Shown here: positions 48,536 to 51,798 of the stretch, one piece after another
Layout: each line of letters opens with the position of its first letter
How positions within the stretch are numbered: the first letter of the stretch is position 1
NCBI GenBank assembly: GCA_037442105.1
Contig: JBBIQV010000019.1
Span: forward strand, 1 to 51,798
DNA length: 51,798 nt
Source of the DNA: Nitrospiraceae bacterium
GTDB lineage: Bacteria > Nitrospirota > Nitrospiria > Nitrospirales > Nitrospiraceae
Direction: 5' to 3'
Made by a program: the position numbers and the translations under genes
Notes under the pieces: generated by a model
Database searches by the model: none
The model's input: only the letters and a program-made list of their open reading frames with translations
Told to the model about the DNA's origin: nothing

Positions 48536-48782
48536 TCGTCCGCCTCTGTAGCCGCTGTGTTCGTCTGAACGCCGGGGACTGGCCCCGCGTTGGATTGCGG
48601 ATGTCGGAATTCCGCCATCCTTTCGGTGTGCCTGTCCCTACTCTCCGCGCTAATTGTCTTTCTTTCCCTGCTGAGCCTGTGTCACCGCACTCGGCATCCT
48701 TTTATCTTGCGCTACAGTTTCAACCCAATCAGAGTTTCAAACCATTTTTTACCTTCAAACATACTCATAAAGGAGGTTTAGG

Positions 48783-49151
48783 ATGTTGTTAGGCAGAAAA
48801 ATTACATGGACACTTGCATTTCTTTTCCTCTCAGGATGCGCCACAATTTTTACCAGTGACACCGATACACTCACAATTGAATCTGAACCCACGGCTGCAA
48901 CATATCAGTGTGGTGCGTATTCGGGCAGGACACCGGCAACTATACAAGTACCAAGAAAAGCAATTCCGACCTATTGCATTTTCAGAAAAGAAGGCTTTGA
49001 GGAACGGTCGTTACCAGTTACCTCTGGAATTCAAGGTGTGACATGGATTGACATTTTCTTCTGGCCGGCTTTGATTGCGGATTTTGCCACAGGCAATGCT
49101 TATAAGGTTGAACCCCCTGTTGTAAAAGCCTTTCTGGATCCTAAAAAGTAG
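48783..49151 (+). CDS. Small low-GC lipoprotein (PEGA-like)
   Basis: SD AAGGAGG; lipobox [30 protein letters not shown]; markedly AT-richer than the core genes. Confidence 0.75.
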   Translation: MLLGRKITWTLAFLFLSGCATIFTSDTDTLTIESEPTAATYQCGAYSGRTPATIQVPRKAIPTYCIFRKEGFEERSLPVTSGIQGVTWIDIFFWPALIADFATGNAYKVEPPVVKAFLDPKK

Positions 49152-49335
49152 ATTTGCCCATTTAAAGTATGCAAGGCAAGTTGCACTTAAGTCGCTCGAT
49201 GTGGCGATGTCAAGGGAGACGGTGCGAGTCTTATTGGGGGTCGTCGAAAAAAGGGGCGCCCATCTCGAAGGCTCTGGTCAAGGGGAAAAGAATCCTCTGA
49301 GGAGAAACTGTACCGGGAGTCTTTTCTTGTCCCAC

Positions 49336-49416
49336 GCCAAGGGGTGGGGCCGCGTCCAGCTTCCGGATGCCCTCGACCGCAAGTACCCCAATGCGCCGCG
49401 AGACTGGCGCTGGCAA
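49336..49416 (+). pseudogene. intI: Fragment of an integron integrase (IntI-specific insertion region)
   Basis: [25 protein letters not shown] matches the IntI-specific LP.AL.RKYP.A...W.WQ patch; no flanking catalytic motifs. Confidence 0.8.
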
Positions 49417-49456
49417 GTCTGGGTGAGCCCTTATTTTGAGAGCGGGACGACATGCG

Positions 49457-50566
49457 ATGGGTAGAGCTGAGGACATCTTTGCGGACCTGCGGGCTAGGGG
49501 CGAGGCTACCATCGATGATCTCATCGCTGCGCGCCAAGTGGAAGAGCTGTTCCTGGATTTCAAACGTTCTGCGGACAGCGGGAGCGGCTCGAAACTCCAT
49601 CAGAACGACAGAGCAAACTTGGCGAAGGCGATCTCCGGATTCGGAAACTCGGAGGGTGGTGTAGTAATCTGGGGAGTAGATGCATCGCAAGATATTGTCG
49701 GCGCGGATGTTGCCAGGGCAAAGGTGCCAATTACAAACATCAAGCGATTTGAAGGGTGGCTGCAGGGAGTTGTCTCGGGCTGCACGCTGCCAGCACACTC
49801 GCTGGTGGAGCATCTTTCCATCGACGCGGGTTCAGGCAACGGATATGTTGCAACTCTGATTCCGAAGAGCCCTCTTGCTCCCCACCAGTGTGTGACGGAT
49901 TACAAGTACTACATGCGTGCCGGATCCAGCTTTCAACCGGTCACACATTCTGTGATCGCCGGGATGATGGGGCGTCGTCCCCAACCGCTGCTCTTCGAGA
50001 ACTGGGGAATCAAGGAGCCAGCTCAGGTGGTGCAGCTTCCCACGGATGCTAGTGGTCAGAGGCTCCCTGATGGGATAAAGATGTGCTTGGAGCTGATTCT
50101 CGTCAACAAGGGCCCAGGTCTCGCCCGAGACCTTTTTGCGAACGTCAAGTTTGCTATCCCTGGCCCGAACTGTCAGCAATGGATCGATGTGCCAAGTGAA
50201 AATTGGATCATGCAGCTACCGATTATCCCAGAATGGCGTAGCATCGTGAGTCAGGATACTTATAAACTGGCGCCGGAATCTTGGGTCCCGACGATTGCGG
50301 TCACGCTGGCACTGGTTCCTCCATTTTTGCAGGACTTGTGGATGCAATGGAGCTTCGGCTGTGACGAAGCCCCTACCATCGTGAAAGTCCTGACTACAAC
50401 TGCGGACGATGTTAATCGTCTCTACCATGAGTTTCTACGTGGCCCATGCGATTCGTCGTCAAGCTCTGCGTTCGTGAGAAAACTGTTTTCTCTTCCCACG
50501 GAAGATCTTTCTGAGCCAATAAGGCAGGCCATGGCCACGAATGAGGCTGAAGAGAAAAGGGGGTGA
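49457..50566 (+). CDS. Schlafen/AlbA_2-domain protein with an uncharacterised C-terminal domain
   Basis: [39 protein letters not shown]. Confidence 0.85.
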   Translation: MGRAEDIFADLRARGEATIDDLIAARQVEELFLDFKRSADSGSGSKLHQNDRANLAKAISGFGNSEGGVVIWGVDASQDIVGADVARAKVPITNIKRFEGWLQGVVSGCTLPAHSLVEHLSIDAGSGNGYVATLIPKSPLAPHQCVTDYKYYMRAGSSFQPVTHSVIAGMMGRRPQPLLFENWGIKEPAQVVQLPTDASGQRLPDGIKMCLELILVNKGPGLARDLFANVKFAIPGPNCQQWIDVPSENWIMQLPIIPEWRSIVSQDTYKLAPESWVPTIAVTLALVPPFLQDLWMQWSFGCDEAPTIVKVLTTTADDVNRLYHEFLRGPCDSSSSSAFVRKLFSLPTEDLSEPIRQAMATNEAEEKRG

Positions 50567-50709
50567 AAAGGGACATTCAACTTATTGAGACACATGATCT
50601 GAGCAGGCTGGCCGTGCGGCGTCCGAAAGTTACGGAGGCAAAGTAGTACTGATGCAAGCTAGAACGTCCCCTTAAATCAGTCGGATGTGTCCTCACCAGG
50701 GAGGCTACT

Positions 50710-51081
50710 ATGAAACGCTGGCTCTTGGTCCTCTGCTTTGTTGGGCTCAGCACAGTGGCACACGCGCAGGTTTGTTGCGACGATATAGCATCCGGACAAT
50801 CACAACCCGGTTTTGGCTTTCAACATTCCACGCAGCCTGGAATGATTCCGACACCCGGGGGCGGGGTGCTGTTCGGCCCAATCACGCCGAACGCCTATGG
50901 GCCAGGCTTTAACAGCGATGCCACAGGCCGGCCATTTAGCTTTCAGCCACAGGGTGGGTCCAGCTTTCCTGATCCCACTTTGCGAGTCGAACCTAATGCC
51001 TATGGACCAGGTATGGGCATGGATCAATATGGTCGTCCAGTCAGGCCAACTTGCCCACCGGGTTGGGCTGGGCCTTGCTAG
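50710..51081 (+). CDS. Small secreted protein with a duplicated PNAYGPG...D..GRP motif
   Basis: SD GGAGG, signal peptide ending AHA, two internal repeats. Confidence 0.75.
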   Translation: MKRWLLVLCFVGLSTVAHAQVCCDDIASGQSQPGFGFQHSTQPGMIPTPGGGVLFGPITPNAYGPGFNSDATGRPFSFQPQGGSSFPDPTLRVEPNAYGPGMGMDQYGRPVRPTCPPGWAGPC

Positions 51082-51127
51082 CACCTGAAGGTACTGACCA
51101 GTCACCGATTGCAGGAAGGGGTCAAGA

Positions 51128-51565
51128 TGAGGTGGCCCGGAAAGAACAGACACGTGGATTAAGAGTCACCACTCTGCTGCTCGAACTCCTCCGGACTGCG
51201 ATAGCCCAGCGCCTGATGCAGGCGCTGGCGGTTGTAGAACACCTCGATATACTCGGCGATGGCGTAGCGAGCTTCCGCGTGATGCTGGAAGCGCCGGTCC
51301 CGCACCAACTCGTTCTTCAGCGAACTGAAGAAGCTCTCCACCGGCGCGTTGTCATAGCAATTGCCCTTGCGACTCATGCTGGGCACGACCCCGCGACGTG
51401 CGAGCATCCGTTGATACACGCTGGCCCGGTACTGGTTGCCTTGATCACTATGATGGATGAGCCCCGGCGCTGGGCGGCGGCGCTGCCAGGCCATGAGCCA
51501 GGCGTCGATCACTACCACGGGACTCTGGCGTTGACTCATCGCCCACCCAACGACCCGCCGGGAAT
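51128..51565 (-). mobile_element. IS3-family element, 3' part (interrupted)
   Basis: OrfB motifs SRRVVGWAMS, HHSDQGNQY, SRKGNCYDNAPVESFF, YNRQRLHQALGY (stop at 51159); right end ...GTGTCTGTTCTTTCCGGGCCACCTCA ends in CA at 51128. Confidence 0.88.
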
Positions 51566-51798
51566 CACTGCTGTCCAAATTAGCCGGGCTTGAGCACTGG
51601 GACCCTCGTATTCCTTGGGGATTTGGACGGGTTGAGCCCCATCGGGAAATCAGGCCCCCTGGTTCTGCTGTCCAACTTCCCACGCCAACTGCGCCTGCTG
51701 CGGCGTGGCGAACGTGCCCGGTGGGGGCTCAAACGGCTGATGCAGCCACGTCCACAGGTCCCGATGCGTGAACAGGTTCATCCGCAACAAGGCCACCA
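51566..51798 (-). mobile_element. IS4-family-like element end inserted into the IS3 transposase; transposase C-terminus at 51650-51798
   Basis: IS3 frame breaks exactly at CACTGCTGTCCAAA; partial ORF VALLRMNLFTHRDLWTWLHQPF resembles IS4-type transposase C-termini (recalled, not searched). Confidence 0.65.

Noticed and set aside
48788..48794. GTTAGGC as an attC/attI core
   Set aside because: It lies within the first codons of the lipoprotein, with no matching RYYYAAC inverse core after the gene
1..51798. CRISPR array
   Set aside because: No 23-47-bp direct repeats with unique spacers and no cas genes; repeats seen are SSRs, heptamers or hairpins

Overview
A GC-rich (roughly 60% by eye) chromosomal segment from an assembly with one 100-N scaffold gap (39701-39800). 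Gene content and style point to a Nitrospira-like (Nitrospirota) bacterium; this is inference, not a database result. Bases 1-48,100 are mostly core genome: the 3' end of tRNA-Asp, tol-pal with two CpoB paralogues, mutL-miaA-mtnP-PfkB kinase-PilF-like TPR-rodZ, a c-type cytochrome, a caspase-like lipoprotein, carbamoyltransferase/GT-C/GT2 genes, degP, tatC-mrp-moeA-mobB-hexaheme cytochrome-ABC, an RRM protein, a sigma54-controlled ABC/TolC exporter, NFACT/RqcH, an orphan aKG-HExxH protein, bioB, a lapA-lapB fusion, rsfS, nadD, proB, obgE, rpmA and rplU. From about 48,500 to the end is an accessory zone. There, unrelated cargo (a low-GC lipoprotein, an integron-integrase fragment, a Schlafen/AlbA_2 protein, a PNAYGPG-repeat secreted protein) is separated by short REP-like paired motifs rather than attC sites, followed by an IS3 element interrupted by an IS4-like element. 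The best leads are that REP-bounded cargo array with its Schlafen gene, the orphan HExxH enzyme, a poly-Lys/Arg leader upstream of the cytochrome c, an ATC start for rsfS, and a palindrome-embedded sigma54 promoter ahead of an unknown gene plus exporter. No CRISPR array or rRNA was seen.
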